Source of the DNA: Truepera sp.
GTDB lineage: Bacteria > Deinococcota > Deinococci > Deinococcales > Trueperaceae
Length of the DNA: 64,000 bases
Assembly: GCA_965218435.1 (NCBI GenBank)
Contig: CBDCKW010000009.1
Span: 576,001-640,000, forward strand
Direction: 5' to 3'
This document shows positions 29,759 to 40,574 of the stretch, piece after piece. Every line of letters begins with the position of its first letter. Position 1 is the first letter of the stretch. A program made the position numbers and the translations under genes. The notes below the pieces were generated by a model. The model worked only from the letters and a program-made list of their open reading frames with translations. It was not told the DNA's origin and did not search any database.

Positions 29759-31261
29759 ATGTACAATCTCGCCGCGCCGCAAATCTGGTTGGTCTGCGGC
29801 TCACAGCACCTCTACGGCCCCGGCCCGTTAGCCGAAGTCGAGGGTCACGCCCGTGAGGTCGCCGAAACCCTGAACGCGTCCGAGGCGGTGACGCTCGAGC
29901 TCGTCTACAAGGGCCTCTTAACCACCCCTGAAGAGATTCGCACCCTCTGTTTAGACGCGAGCCGTGACCCCGACTGCGCCGGGTTGGTCGTGTGGATGCA
30001 CACCTTTTCCCCTTCACGGATGTGGATCGGTGGCCTGCAAAGCTTAAGCAAACCCTTATGTCATCTCCATACCCAGTACAACCGCGATTTGCCGTGGGCA
30101 GAAATTGATATGGACTTTATGAATCTCAACCAAGCCGCGCACGGCGACCGCGAAGCGGGCTTTATGCACACCCGGCTGCGTTTAGGGCGTAAGGTCGTCG
30201 TCGGACACTGGCAAGACGTCGAAGCGCAGGCGCAACTCGGTACGTGGGTGCGGGTCGCGCACGCCTGGAGCGACTTGCAAGGGGCCAAGTTCGCCCGCTT
30301 TGGGGACAACATGCGGCAGGTTGGCGTCACCGAAGGCGATAAGGTCGCCGCTGAAATCCGCTTCGGCGTTTCGGTCAACGGTTACGGCGTCGGTGATTTA
30401 GTCGAACGTGTAGACGCGGTTTCAAACGCTCAGATAGACGAGCTTACCGACGTTTACGAAACGAGTTACGACGTCGCTGACGGTCTGCACCAGGGTCAAG
30501 AAAGTCACGAATCATTGCGGTATGGGGCACGCCTCGAGCTCGGCCTCCAGGCCTTTTTGGAAGAAGGCGGCTTTAAAGGCTTTACGACGACCTTTGAAGA
30601 CCTGCACGGTTTAGCACAGCTTCCCGGTCTAGCGGTGCAGCGCCTGATGGCTGACGGCTACGGCTTCGGCGCAGAAGGCGACTGGAAAACGGCGGTGCTC
30701 TTACGTGCCCTCAAGGTAATGGCGGGGGGCGAGCGTACTTCGTTTATGGAGGACTACACCTATCATCTGGACCCGGCAGGGCCGCTCGTTTTAGGGTCGC
30801 ATATGTTGGAAGTCTGCCCCAGCATTGCGGCTGAAAAACCAAGACTCGAGCTTCACCCTCTGGGGATCGGCGGCAAAGCCGACCCGGTGCGTTTGGTCTT
30901 TGACGCGCCCCCCGGCCCGGCACTCAACGCGTCGCTGATTGATCTGGGGAACCGCTTCCGGCTGATTGTCAACGAAGTCGAAGCGGTGTCGCACCCGCCG
31001 CTGCCAAACCTGCCGGTGGCACGGGCGGTGTGGCGCTGTAAACCCGACTTTAAGACGGCCTTAGCTGCGTGGCTTTATGCGGGCGGCGCACATCACACGG
31101 TCTACAGCTACGCGCTAAAAAGTGAGCATATGGAGGACTTTGCCGAAGTCGCCGGGATTGAGCTCGTGGTCATTGATGACGACACCAGACTCAGAGCGTT
31201 CAAAAACGAGTTGCGGCAGAACGATCTCTACTATGTTCTGGCTCAGGGGCTCAGGAACTGA
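29759..31261 (+). CDS. araA: L-arabinose isomerase
   Basis: [52 protein letters not shown]. Confidence 0.95.
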   Translation: MYNLAAPQIWLVCGSQHLYGPGPLAEVEGHAREVAETLNASEAVTLELVYKGLLTTPEEIRTLCLDASRDPDCAGLVVWMHTFSPSRMWIGGLQSLSKPLCHLHTQYNRDLPWAEIDMDFMNLNQAAHGDREAGFMHTRLRLGRKVVVGHWQDVEAQAQLGTWVRVAHAWSDLQGAKFARFGDNMRQVGVTEGDKVAAEIRFGVSVNGYGVGDLVERVDAVSNAQIDELTDVYETSYDVADGLHQGQESHESLRYGARLELGLQAFLEEGGFKGFTTTFEDLHGLAQLPGLAVQRLMADGYGFGAEGDWKTAVLLRALKVMAGGERTSFMEDYTYHLDPAGPLVLGSHMLEVCPSIAAEKPRLELHPLGIGGKADPVRLVFDAPPGPALNASLIDLGNRFRLIVNEVEAVSHPPLPNLPVARAVWRCKPDFKTALAAWLYAGGAHHTVYSYALKSEHMEDFAEVAGIELVVIDDDTRLRAFKNELRQNDLYYVLAQGLRN

Positions 31262-31434
31262 GAGCAGATCAGGATACGTTCTGGTGACGCGTTTACCATG
31301 ACCAACGACCAAACTGCGCAAGCGAGCTTTTCTCAGTTCAAACCTAAAGGTAGGCTAATATCTCAGAATCCTGGGAGCTATACTTTGGGGCGATGCGTGG
31401 CGTAAGCGCATGAGATGCTGGCTCGAGGGGGCTT

Positions 31435-34408
31435 ATGATTCACGATTATGGTGATGAGGTTGCCTTAGAAGTTGACGGCTGGACCGTTTATGCACCCGCG
31501 GGTGAACCGCTTGTCGAGGTGCTCGACCGGCTCAAGTCCGGTGTGGCCCACGTCTGCTATCACTCGGCGCTAGGGCCGCTGCAAACGTGTGACACCTGCC
31601 TGCTCGGTCGAGATCGGTGGGACGCTGCAACGTGCGTGTGGTATCCCGGTTCAGGCGGGGCTCGAGGTGCGGACGGCGGCCCCTCGAGCCGTTGCCGCGC
31701 GGCAAGAGGCGATGCACCGTATTTTAGGCAACCACGACCTTTACTGCACCATCTGTGACCGGAATAACGGCGACTGCGACGTCCATAACGCGACTAAGCT
31801 GTTAGGGCTCGAGAATCAAAAATATCCCTTTCAGCCCAAGCCTTACGAAGTAGATAAAAGTAACCCGTTTTACCAGTACGACCCCGACCAGTGCATCCTC
31901 TGCGGACGCTGCGTCGAGGCGTGTCAAAACGTGCAGGTCAATGAAACACTCTCGATTGACTGGCAGGCTGAGCACCCGCGCGTCTTGTGGGACGGCGGCG
32001 CGGCGATTGACGATTCTTCATGCGTGTCGTGCGGGCACTGCGTCACGGTCTGCCCGTGTAACGCGCTGATGGAAAAAAATATGGTCGGCGAAGCAGGCTA
32101 CTTTACGGCGTGGCCCGAGTCGGTGCGCGAACCCGCCACCAAACTCGTCAAGGCGGTCGAGCCTTACACCGGCTACGCCCCGATTATGGCCTTGTCCGAC
32201 GCCGAAGCGAAGATGCGTCATGAGGACATCAAAAAAACTAAAACGGTCTGCACCTACTGCGGCGTCGGCTGCTCGTTTGACGTGTGGACGAAAGGCCGTA
32301 AAATCCTCAAGATTGCGCCGCAGCTAGACGGCCCCGCCAACAGCATCTCGACGTGTGTCAAGGGCAAGTTCGGTTGGGATTATGTGAGCAGCGACGAGCG
32401 CCTCACCACGCCGCTGATCCGCGACGGTAACGGCTTTCGTGAAGCGAGTTGGGATGAAGCTCTGACGCTCGTCGCCAAACGGCTGTGGGAAACGAAGCAG
32501 CAACACGGCGACGACAGCACCGCGTTTATCGCGTCGTCAAAATGCACCAACGAAGAGTCGTATTTGGTGCAAAAGATGGCGAGGGCGATTTTCGGCAACA
32601 ACAACGTGGACAACGACTCGAGGTATTGCCAAGCTCCGGCGACGACCGGGTTGTGGCGCACCGTGGGTTACGGCGGCGATTCGGGCACCATTAAAGACAT
32701 CGAACAAGCCGAGTTGGTCTTTATCGTCGGGTCAAATACCTGCGATTCACACCCGGTTTTGGCGACGCGGATCAAACGCTCGCACAAACTGGGCAGGCAA
32801 AAGATTATCGTGGCGGATTTACTCGAGCACGAGATGGCTCGCCGCGCCGACATCTTTATGCGGCCCAACCCCGGCACCGATTTAGTCTGGCTCTCGGCGG
32901 TGACCAAATACATTTTGGACAACGGTTTGGAAGACAAAAACTTTTTACGTGATAGGGTCAATCAACTCGACGAATACCGGGAGAGCTTGGCGGACTTTAC
33001 GTTGGAGTACGCCGAAAAGGTCACCGGCCTAAGTCAAGATACGCTCAAAACGGTCGCTGAGGAGATTGCGGCAGCCGGGAGCGTCTGCGGACTCTGGGCG
33101 ATGGGCGTGACGCAGCACTACGGCGGCTCTAACACCTCGACGGCGATTTCCAACCTCTTACTGGTGACCGGTAACTACGGCCGTCCCGGTACCGGCGCGT
33201 ATCCGCTGCGCGGTCACAACAACGTGCAGGGGTGTAGCGACTTCGGTTCGATGAACAGCTATCTACCGGGCTACCAGAAGATTGGGGACGACGAGGCGAG
33301 AGCGCGTTACGAAAAGGCGTGGGGCGCAACCATCCCCGGCGAACCGGGGCTCAACAATTTCAGGATGATTGACGCCATTCACGACGGCCAGCTTCACGCG
33401 CTCTACGTCGTCGGGGAAGAGCTGGCGCTTGTAGACGGCAACGCCGAACACGTGCAAGAGGCGCTCGAAAAAGTGGACTTCTTGGTCGTCCAAGAAATCT
33501 TTATGACCCGCACCGCGCAGTTTGCCGATGTGGTGTTGCCAGGGGTGCCGTCGTTAGAGAAAGACGGGACGTTTGTCAACACCGAACGCCGGATTCAGCG
33601 GCTCTACCAGGCGTTAGACTCTCTCGGCAACTCGAAACCCGACTGGCAGATTCTGACTGAGCTGGCTGGGCACTTGGGTCACCACTGGAACTATGAAAGC
33701 CCGAGCGACGTCATGGATGAGATTGCCAGCCTGACACCGCTTTTTGCCGGGGTCAGCTACCCGCGCTTAGAGGGCTACAATTCGCTTCTATGGCCGGTCG
33801 CCGAGGACGGCACCGACACCCCGCTTTTATACGAGCACGAGTTTCACTTTCCCGACGGCAAAGCGCGGCTCTACCCCTTGGGGTGGCTGCATCCGAGCGA
33901 GTCTCCAGACGAGACGTATGACCTGCACCTCAACAACGGCCGCATCTTAGAGCACTTTCACGAGGGCAATATGACCTATAAAAGCGTCGGCATCACCGCC
34001 AAAGTGCCTGACACCTTTGTCGAGGTCTCCGCTGAGCTGGCTGCAGAACGTGGCTTAGAGAGTGGTGACTGGGTACGGCTGACCTCGAGGCGGGGTAGCA
34101 TCGAACTCCGGGCACTGCTGAGCGACCGGGTAACGAGCCACGAGCTCTACGTCCCGAATAACTCGTCGAAAGCGCCGGTCAACATGCTCACCGCGAGCGT
34201 CGTAGACCCCGACAGCGACACGCCCGTCTATAAAGAAACGGCGGTCAAACTCACCTCCTTGGGTCGCCGAGGTGCCCCGCCGCTCCCCGAAACCAACCCG
34301 TGTTACGGCCACCCGACCCCGCAACCCGGCGTCGAGGTTGAGCGCAAGTGGGAACGGGCCGATTACGTGTCACCGACCCAAAACCGACCCGAAGGGGGGA
34401 ACCTCTAG
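31435..34408 (+). pseudogene. fdhF: Formate dehydrogenase alpha subunit (YjgC-like molybdoenzyme) with one frameshift near 31600
   Basis: HVCYH..LGPLQTCDTC in frame 1 continues as VEIGG..RAC in ORF 31589; CILCGRCVEAC, CTYCGVGC, SRYCQ, PLRGHNNVQG; CTGCCTGC duplication at 31596-31603. Confidence 0.85.
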
Positions 34409-34836
34409 TGGCCAAGCCGCTGACCTATACCCCCATGCCGGTTCCTCAAGACACCGCCCAAGATGACCTGGAACGTCTCCTCCAAACCCTGCACGAACGC
34501 GGTGCGCTCCGCCTCCTAAACGGTCTCGTGGGCCAATATGACGGCGTACTCAGCGTGGCTTTGGGACAGCTCGAGTCCCAAAAAGGTGAAAACGCGCTCG
34601 GTACCCTGACCGTCCTGCTTAAAGCTCTGACGGAAACCGATGCGGACACGGCGCAGGCGTTTCTGACCGGAACGCAAAAGGGCTTGGCAGCGGCGCAAAC
34701 GAGTTTACAGCGTGACCCACCCTCGAGGCTCGCTCTGCTCGGCAAACTTAACGACCGTGAGGTCAGACGCGGGCTCTACGCCGTGCTCAGTTTGCTGGGA
34801 GGACTGGGAAAGCACCTGCACGATAACCGAGTCTAG
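34408..34836 (+). CDS. DUF1641 (YjgD-like) formate dehydrogenase partner protein
   Basis: Starts MAKP, ends L.D.EVRRGL..L..LGK; GTG overlaps the upstream TAG. Confidence 0.8.
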   Translation: MAKPLTYTPMPVPQDTAQDDLERLLQTLHERGALRLLNGLVGQYDGVLSVALGQLESQKGENALGTLTVLLKALTETDADTAQAFLTGTQKGLAAAQTSLQRDPPSRLALLGKLNDREVRRGLYAVLSLLGGLGKHLHDNRV

Positions 34837-34863
34837 CGAGGCTCGGGGCCAATATTTACGTGC

Positions 34864-35811
34864 TCAGCTATAGGCGTGCTGAGCAGCTTGTTGGGACTGT
34901 CTGAGTGTAACCAAGGCGGCTAGTCCGGTAACCAGTGCAAGTCCGGCAAACAGTCCCAGCGTCAATGCGTCGGGCCGTAAAAGCGGTTGCGCCCGGAGCG
35001 CCTGTTGCAACAAAATCAAGATCATCCCAAGGTAAAAGCTGCCCCCGACCCACACCAGCGCCACCCGCGTCCGTATGGGGAGGCGTTTGCGGCGAGAAAG
35101 CCACCAGCCCAAAAACGGCACCACTTGCAGCGCGTGCAGCCCGGTAAAGTGCGGAATTCGCAGATCGCCGCCCTGCGTGCTCCAACCTGTTATCGGCAAA
35201 CCGGGGCTGCCGTCAGGCAAACCAACCGTGTGCGCCCCGACGATGCTGACCGCGCCGCCCGTCTGCCAACCCGCTAGCTGCTGCGCGGTGGGAACTGTCA
35301 TCAGATAACCGAGACCCATCCCGACGATGCTCAGCGTGAGGCCGAGCCGCAAACTCCAAGCAAACGCCGGGTTCTCGAAGGGTTGAAACAGTAGCAAACC
35401 TGCAACGATGAAGTTTGTGCCCCATAAAACGGCAATTGCAACGGCCATCATCCCCCAGAGCGCAGCGTCAAAGGGTGTCGCAACGTTAAAGTGACTCGTG
35501 GTGCCGCGTACGACCTGCGTAATGATAGCGAACCACTCGAGCCCGAGTACCGTCAGCACGACCCAACCCAAGATATTTACCCACCGCCGCTTGCCCCGAA
35601 CAAACCCTAAAATCCACACCAGCGTGAGGCTGTAGAGCGAAATCGAAACGCCGAACTTGGTCGGTTTAAGCCACGCCGGAGCGCCGGTAATGACGCGTGG
35701 GTCGGCAAAAATTCCGATGATGAAAAATACGGTGACGAGCGCCGTGACGAGAGCTGAAACGGTAAGGGGTGCGTGCGTTCGCCAGAGTTTATGAAGGGTA
35801 CGGCTGAACAT
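34864..35811 (-). CDS. Conserved integral membrane protein
   Basis: Multiple transmembrane helices; DPR.ITGAPAWLKP.KF, RG..SHFN, GDLRIPHF.GLHALQ. Confidence 0.75.
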   Translation of the reverse strand: MFSRTLHKLWRTHAPLTVSALVTALVTVFFIIGIFADPRVITGAPAWLKPTKFGVSISLYSLTLVWILGFVRGKRRWVNILGWVVLTVLGLEWFAIITQVVRGTTSHFNVATPFDAALWGMMAVAIAVLWGTNFIVAGLLLFQPFENPAFAWSLRLGLTLSIVGMGLGYLMTVPTAQQLAGWQTGGAVSIVGAHTVGLPDGSPGLPITGWSTQGGDLRIPHFTGLHALQVVPFLGWWLSRRKRLPIRTRVALVWVGGSFYLGMILILLQQALRAQPLLRPDALTLGLFAGLALVTGLAALVTLRQSQQAAQHAYS

Positions 35812-35847
35812 GGGGAGTCTCCAATCTTTGAGAGAGCGGTTATCTTT

Positions 35848-35864
35848 TACTTAACGCCGTTATT
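35848..35864. promoter_or_regulatory. Putative TetR operator, copy 2
   Basis: TACTTAACGCCGTTATT, 15/17 identical to 36550-36566; palindromic core TAAC-N3-GTTA. Confidence 0.7.
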
Positions 35865-35888
35865 CTTTACGCCAAAAAAATCGCTATC

Positions 35889-36536
35889 TTAAGCCTCCTT
35901 TGCAAACCCCTGCCGGAGCGTCCCTAGCAGATTGTCAGTTCGTTTTTCCAGCTCGCTTTTATCCATCACCGGAACGCAGAGCGTCAGCGCGACGAGGCCG
36001 TGAACGGCGGCCCAGAGTGTGTATACGAGATTCATCGGTTCTTTTGTATTGAGCACACCCGCTGCGTGCGCTTCGTGAACCGCCTGAACAAGGACGTTAA
36101 ACGAGTTGATTGTGGGCTCACAGTCGTTTGGATTCTCTTTTGAGAGAAACTCGCCGCGTTCCATAAACATCATGCGGTAGTGCGCGGGATGCGCCATGCC
36201 GAACGCGACGTAAGCGCGGCCGATGGCGCTGATTCGGGCAAGGGGGTCGCCTACCGAATCGTAAGCCTGTTTTAGGGCCTGCCCAAACCTCTCAAAACCC
36301 TCGAGCGACACCGAAAAGAGGAGGTCGTCTTTGTTGTCGAAGTACAGGTAAACCGTCGTGGCCGAGTAACCCACCCGTTCGGCCACCTCACGCAGGGAGA
36401 AGCCCCCCAACCCACCCTCTAAAAACAGTTCACTCGCCGCTGTCAAAATCGCTTGCCGCACTTCAGCTTTTTGCTGCTGACGGCGGGCGCTGCTCTTTTC
36501 GCGTAGGCGGGTGGCTCGAGTCTTTACATCTGTCAT
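35889..36536 (-). CDS. TetR/AcrR family regulator (WHG-type C-terminal domain)
   Basis: FSLREVAERVGYSATTVYLYFDNKDDL; WAAVHG. Confidence 0.9.
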   Translation of the reverse strand: MTDVKTRATRLREKSSARRQQQKAEVRQAILTAASELFLEGGLGGFSLREVAERVGYSATTVYLYFDNKDDLLFSVSLEGFERFGQALKQAYDSVGDPLARISAIGRAYVAFGMAHPAHYRMMFMERGEFLSKENPNDCEPTINSFNVLVQAVHEAHAAGVLNTKEPMNLVYTLWAAVHGLVALTLCVPVMDKSELEKRTDNLLGTLRQGFAKEA

Positions 36537-36545
36537 AACACCCAT

Positions 36546-36574
36546 ACTCTACTTAACACTGTTATTTTTGTCAA
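36546..36574 (-). promoter_or_regulatory. tetR promoter containing the putative TetR operator
   Basis: Minus strand TTGACA-17nt-TAGAGT; operator TACTTAACACTGTTATT (36550-36566) lies in the spacer. Confidence 0.75.
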
Positions 36575-36611
36575 GCATAACCTACGTGAATACGTGAGCG
36601 TGATAGCTTGA

Positions 36612-36923
36612 ATGATGACGAAGGAAGCTAAAAAACATGTCACCGACGAACAAATTACCGTACAAGTTTGTCGTGCCAAGAGCTGCACGAAAAGGGGCGC
36701 GGGTGAACTTGCTAGGGGGCTCGAGGAGACCTTCGCCCGTAAAGGGATAAACGCGCAGGTTTTACGGCACGAGTGCTTTGACCTCTGCAAACAAGCGTGT
36801 AATGTCCTGGTTGAGATGCCGGACACCGAACCGCGTATCTACACACAGCTGCACCCGCGCTACGCGGAACGGTTTGCCGAAAGTTTCGTTGAAGAGATTC
36901 AGGAGAACATGAGAGTTAAGTAA
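36612..36923 (+). CDS. Thioredoxin-like (2Fe-2S) ferredoxin
   Basis: VCRAKSC..RGA and CFDLCKQACNV cysteine pattern. Confidence 0.75.
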   Translation: MMTKEAKKHVTDEQITVQVCRAKSCTKRGAGELARGLEETFARKGINAQVLRHECFDLCKQACNVLVEMPDTEPRIYTQLHPRYAERFAESFVEEIQENMRVK

Positions 36924-36961
36924 AATATTAGTCCTGCTACAGAATATCGTAAACTGACAAA

Positions 36962-38671
36962 GTGAATGTTCCAAAACAGAAATCTTACGATGTAGACAAC
37001 CAAACTATTGCTGATGCATTGGGCTTAGACTCCGCCATCTACACAATCCCTCAGTTTCAACGAAAATATGCTTGGACAAAGAAAGAAGTAGATGATTTAC
37101 TGTTTGACCTTTTCGACGAAATAGATTGGTCAAATGAAGACTTGAGCGTCTTGCCGTCCCACTTTCTTGGTTCTATTGTGATAGCCACTGTAGATGAAGT
37201 TGATATGGTGCTTGACGGTCAACAGCGTTTGGCTTCAATATCTTTACTTTTATCCGTAATTAGAAAGAAACTGACCGAAGAAAATTCCGAGAAAGCCGGT
37301 ATTGTTGATCAATATCTGAGGAAAGTTTCGAGAAAAATAAGAGGAGAAGATCGAATTAGGCTCGAGTTACAGCCTGAGGACGCGACAATCTATAGAACTC
37401 TCGTGCGTGACCCAGCAAAATATAAAGCTAAAGAGCTGAGCAGTAGTCTTATAGCAAAAGCTGCTCAAGCCATTTTAGAAAAAGTAGAGGACTATTTGGC
37501 TAAGGCTGCGGAAGCCGGTGCCACTACAGAAGCTGCATTATTGTCTATGCTCGACAGAATACTTAGTCATACAACATTGGTAAAGATCGTTGCGCCGTCT
37601 GAAGCAGACGCATTTCGTCTGTTCGAAACGCTAAACGATAGAGGTTTAGCACTCAACGCTGCTGACTTAGTGAAAAACAAAATCCTTGCAAGGTGTAGGG
37701 AAAAGAAATATATAGATGAAGCAGTAGAAGTCTGGAGCCAAATTGTTGAAGCCGTAGGAGAAGACGAGATAGTAAACTTTTTGCGTTATTACTGGATTGC
37801 ATTTTACGGAAACGTTCGGCAAAGAGAACTTTATAAAGCTTTTGAGGAACTTCTCAACAGAATGAATCCTATTTCAGCCTTAGCACTCGCACGTGATCTA
37901 AGATCATCGGCACAAACATATAAGCAAATTGTGAAACCAGATCGGGAAAAAAAGATATGGAAAACGGGTACAAACGAGATTCTGGAAAGACTTTCAATTT
38001 ACAAAGCTCGTAGCTGCAGACCTGCTCTACTATCTTGCGCCAAGCATAGGCCCGAAGATATGTTGAAAATTGCAAAAGCTTGCGAACTCATCACCGTTCG
38101 GTATTCAGTCGTCAGTAATCTTGGATCAAATGATTTAGAGAGAAGCTATGCACAACTTGCAAGGGCATTGAAAAACAAGCAAAGAAGTGTCTCCGAAATG
38201 CTAAAGACATACTTAGATGCTCGTTCTCTTTCAAGAGGAGAGTTCGAACGTAATTTTTCAGAAGTCAGCGTCACTTCTGTGTCTGAAGTTTGGCGACAAA
38301 TTCTGATTCAGCTCAATGATCAATTATCTACTGGGGAAACTACGATAGGCAACGCTCAAAGAGTACATGTAGAGCATATATTTCCGCGTAATCCTAGTTC
38401 GGAAGCATTGCGTGAGTCTCAAGTGTCAAGTAAAGAGGATGGAGTAAGACTATCTTGTATGATCGGGAACTTGACGCTTTTATCAGGAGAACTAAACCGT
38501 AGAGCATCTAACCACGCTTTCTCCGCAAAAAAGCTGGCTTTTCTGAGTTCGGAGATCACTTTGAATAAAGGCATATCAGATAAAACTCAATGGGGTGAAA
38601 GCGAGATAATTGAGAGAAGTATATTTCTTTCTCACCTAGCTGCCGAAGTGTGGCCTTGGCCTATAGATTAA
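36962..38671 (+). CDS. DUF262 + DUF1524 (HNH) protein, GmrSD-like modification-dependent nuclease family
   Basis: IPQFQRKYAW, HFLGSIV, LDGQQRL, FETLNDRG, VEHIFP, IGNLTLL...N; AT-rich. Confidence 0.88.
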   Translation: MNVPKQKSYDVDNQTIADALGLDSAIYTIPQFQRKYAWTKKEVDDLLFDLFDEIDWSNEDLSVLPSHFLGSIVIATVDEVDMVLDGQQRLASISLLLSVIRKKLTEENSEKAGIVDQYLRKVSRKIRGEDRIRLELQPEDATIYRTLVRDPAKYKAKELSSSLIAKAAQAILEKVEDYLAKAAEAGATTEAALLSMLDRILSHTTLVKIVAPSEADAFRLFETLNDRGLALNAADLVKNKILARCREKKYIDEAVEVWSQIVEAVGEDEIVNFLRYYWIAFYGNVRQRELYKAFEELLNRMNPISALALARDLRSSAQTYKQIVKPDREKKIWKTGTNEILERLSIYKARSCRPALLSCAKHRPEDMLKIAKACELITVRYSVVSNLGSNDLERSYAQLARALKNKQRSVSEMLKTYLDARSLSRGEFERNFSEVSVTSVSEVWRQILIQLNDQLSTGETTIGNAQRVHVEHIFPRNPSSEALRESQVSSKEDGVRLSCMIGNLTLLSGELNRRASNHAFSAKKLAFLSSEITLNKGISDKTQWGESEIIERSIFLSHLAAEVWPWPID

Positions 38672-38674
38672 CAG

Positions 38675-40075
38675 CTAGTGCTGACGCCCCGCCTCTTTAA
38701 TCGCGTGGGTGGAAAACCCGAATTGCGGCAAGTGCGCCTCACCAATACCGGTCAAAATCGCCCCGGCGAGTTCAGCTAAATTTGTGCCGCCCACTTCGAC
38801 CTGCATCCCTAAGCCGTCCCGTAAATCGTCTAAGGTGCGCTCATCTAACATCGTTTCGGTGCCGTATTTGAGGACGTTAGGGGAGACGAGCAGCAAATCG
38901 GCCTCACCCGGCGCAATCTGCGTTAAAAAGTCCCGTCCGGCCAACAGTCCGGCGACGGTCGTGACTTCACCAAACGTGCGGTTTTTAAGCGGGCGAACCT
39001 CGAGCGTCAAGCCTTCAATCTCCCGCAAAGGGGCGACAGCGCGCTCCAACACCGGCGCGAACAGCTTGCCGGTGCCTAAAATGACCTTACGCGGCGTGTC
39101 TAACCGCGTCGGCAAGGGCGGCAGCGGGTCGCTCAAAAAGTCCTGAATCATGCCGACGCCGTTTTCTAACATCGGGAAACCTTCATATGCTTCGTCACCC
39201 GGCAGCGGTTCGTCGGCTAACAGATAAAACTCGTCGGAAGGGAAAATAAAGCGGGTGCCGCGTTCGGCGAGCATCCGTTTTTGAAAGGCGTGAACGCGCC
39301 GTAAAACGTCTCGAGCTTCGTCGGGGCGGTAGGGGCGCAGCTCGGGCAGGTTGCGGCGATGGTCGGTCAGGCCGACGGGCACGCACGCCACCGCCTGAAT
39401 GTTGTCGTAACCGGCCAGGTGCTCCAAGGTTTCCTCGAGATGCACCCCGTCGTTGCGCCCCGGCAACAAGACCATCTGCGTGTACAGCTCAATCGGGGCG
39501 AGGCGCTCCAACATGCCGCGAATCTTCGTCGCTTCAGGGTCTTTAACTTTCAGACGCCACCACTTCATCATGTCGCGGCGCAGGTCTTCGTTGGCGGTAT
39601 GCACCGAGACGTATAAAGGGCTCAGGTTTTCGTCCAAAATCCGCTTGATGTCGCCTTCCGAGAGGTTGGTCAAGGTGACGAACGAGCCGTACAAAAAGCT
39701 GGTGCGAAAGTCGTCGTCCATCACATACAAGCTTTTGCGAAAGCCTTTGGGCATCTGGTGGACGTAACAAAACTCGCACTTGTTGGCGCAGAGTTTGAGG
39801 CCGTCGAAGATGACTTCCGAGAACTCGAGCCCCGGGTCTTCCCATGACGCACTAAAGCTCAGCTCTTCGCCAGTTAAAGGATCGCGTACTTGCAACTCCA
39901 CGTCACCGTGCTCTAGTTCGCGCCGATACGCCAGAACGTCGGTAACCGCTCGGCCGTTGACCCGTAATAACTCCCAGCCTGCCCGGACGCCCGCGTGCGC
40001 CGCCGGTGAACCGGGTTGCACCTGCGAGATAGCGGCGGGATAGAGTGTGTCGGGAAGAGGAGCGGCGAGCGGCAT
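38675..40075 (-). CDS. DUF512 family PDZ + radical-SAM-like Fe-S protein
   Basis: PGSPA PDZ motif; CANKCEFC; DDDFRTSF..G.F.TLTN; SPLYVSVH; ENGVG. Confidence 0.88.
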   Translation of the reverse strand: MPLAAPLPDTLYPAAISQVQPGSPAAHAGVRAGWELLRVNGRAVTDVLAYRRELEHGDVELQVRDPLTGEELSFSASWEDPGLEFSEVIFDGLKLCANKCEFCYVHQMPKGFRKSLYVMDDDFRTSFLYGSFVTLTNLSEGDIKRILDENLSPLYVSVHTANEDLRRDMMKWWRLKVKDPEATKIRGMLERLAPIELYTQMVLLPGRNDGVHLEETLEHLAGYDNIQAVACVPVGLTDHRRNLPELRPYRPDEARDVLRRVHAFQKRMLAERGTRFIFPSDEFYLLADEPLPGDEAYEGFPMLENGVGMIQDFLSDPLPPLPTRLDTPRKVILGTGKLFAPVLERAVAPLREIEGLTLEVRPLKNRTFGEVTTVAGLLAGRDFLTQIAPGEADLLLVSPNVLKYGTETMLDERTLDDLRDGLGMQVEVGGTNLAELAGAILTGIGEAHLPQFGFSTHAIKEAGRQH

Positions 40076-40207
40076 AACAAAGCAGTGTAGCAGATGAGGC
40101 TTTCGCAGCTTCACTTGCATTTGACATAGACGAATACACCCACATGTTGCGCTTTCGTTGTATATAAACGCACCATGTTGTATACTTAAAAATTAAGGAG
40201 GTAAGAA

Positions 40208-40423
40208 ATGGGCAGAAAACGAGTTTCTGTAATGAGTGAAAGCGAATCTGGTAGAAATCAGAAGTTCCTCGATAACTACACGGGTAAAAGTATGACCCGA
40301 GCAGGATTCGTCCGTGAGATAGAACAAGGTGGATACAAAAATTACCATGTACGTGAAGTTAATGGGGTGAAAACTCCGGTTTCAAATCCCGACGGAACAG
40401 AAAGAAATAATTTGGACGATTAA
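40208..40423 (+). CDS. DUF3892-like small protein
   Basis: MTR..FV..I..G.Y...SNPDG...NNLD; AAGGAGGT SD; promoter TTGTAT-17nt-TATACT (40158-40186). Confidence 0.7.
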   Translation: MGRKRVSVMSESESGRNQKFLDNYTGKSMTRAGFVREIEQGGYKNYHVREVNGVKTPVSNPDGTERNNLDD

Positions 40424-40483
40424 ATATTCTGTTAGCATCATCTCGATAGCTGAGCCTTGTTAAAAGTGGCTCAGCTTATATGT

Positions 40484-40512
40484 TTGACAATAGCTGTTAA
40501 AACAGCTATTGC
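40484..40512 (+). promoter_or_regulatory. marR promoter with a perfect 24-bp palindromic operator
   Basis: TTGACA at 40484-40489; CAATAGCTGTT-AA-AACAGCTATTG at 40488-40511. Confidence 0.75.
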
Positions 40513-40574
40513 TGCAACAAGTTTATTTGAAGAGGTTTTCTACGCCGTTCGCTACGCAAAGCCAAAAGCCTTTT

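Noticed and set aside
31596..31603. Programmed recoding or selenocysteine in formate dehydrogenase
   Set aside because: The lesion is a simple 4-bp duplication; the active-site residue is a normal Cys codon with no in-frame TGA
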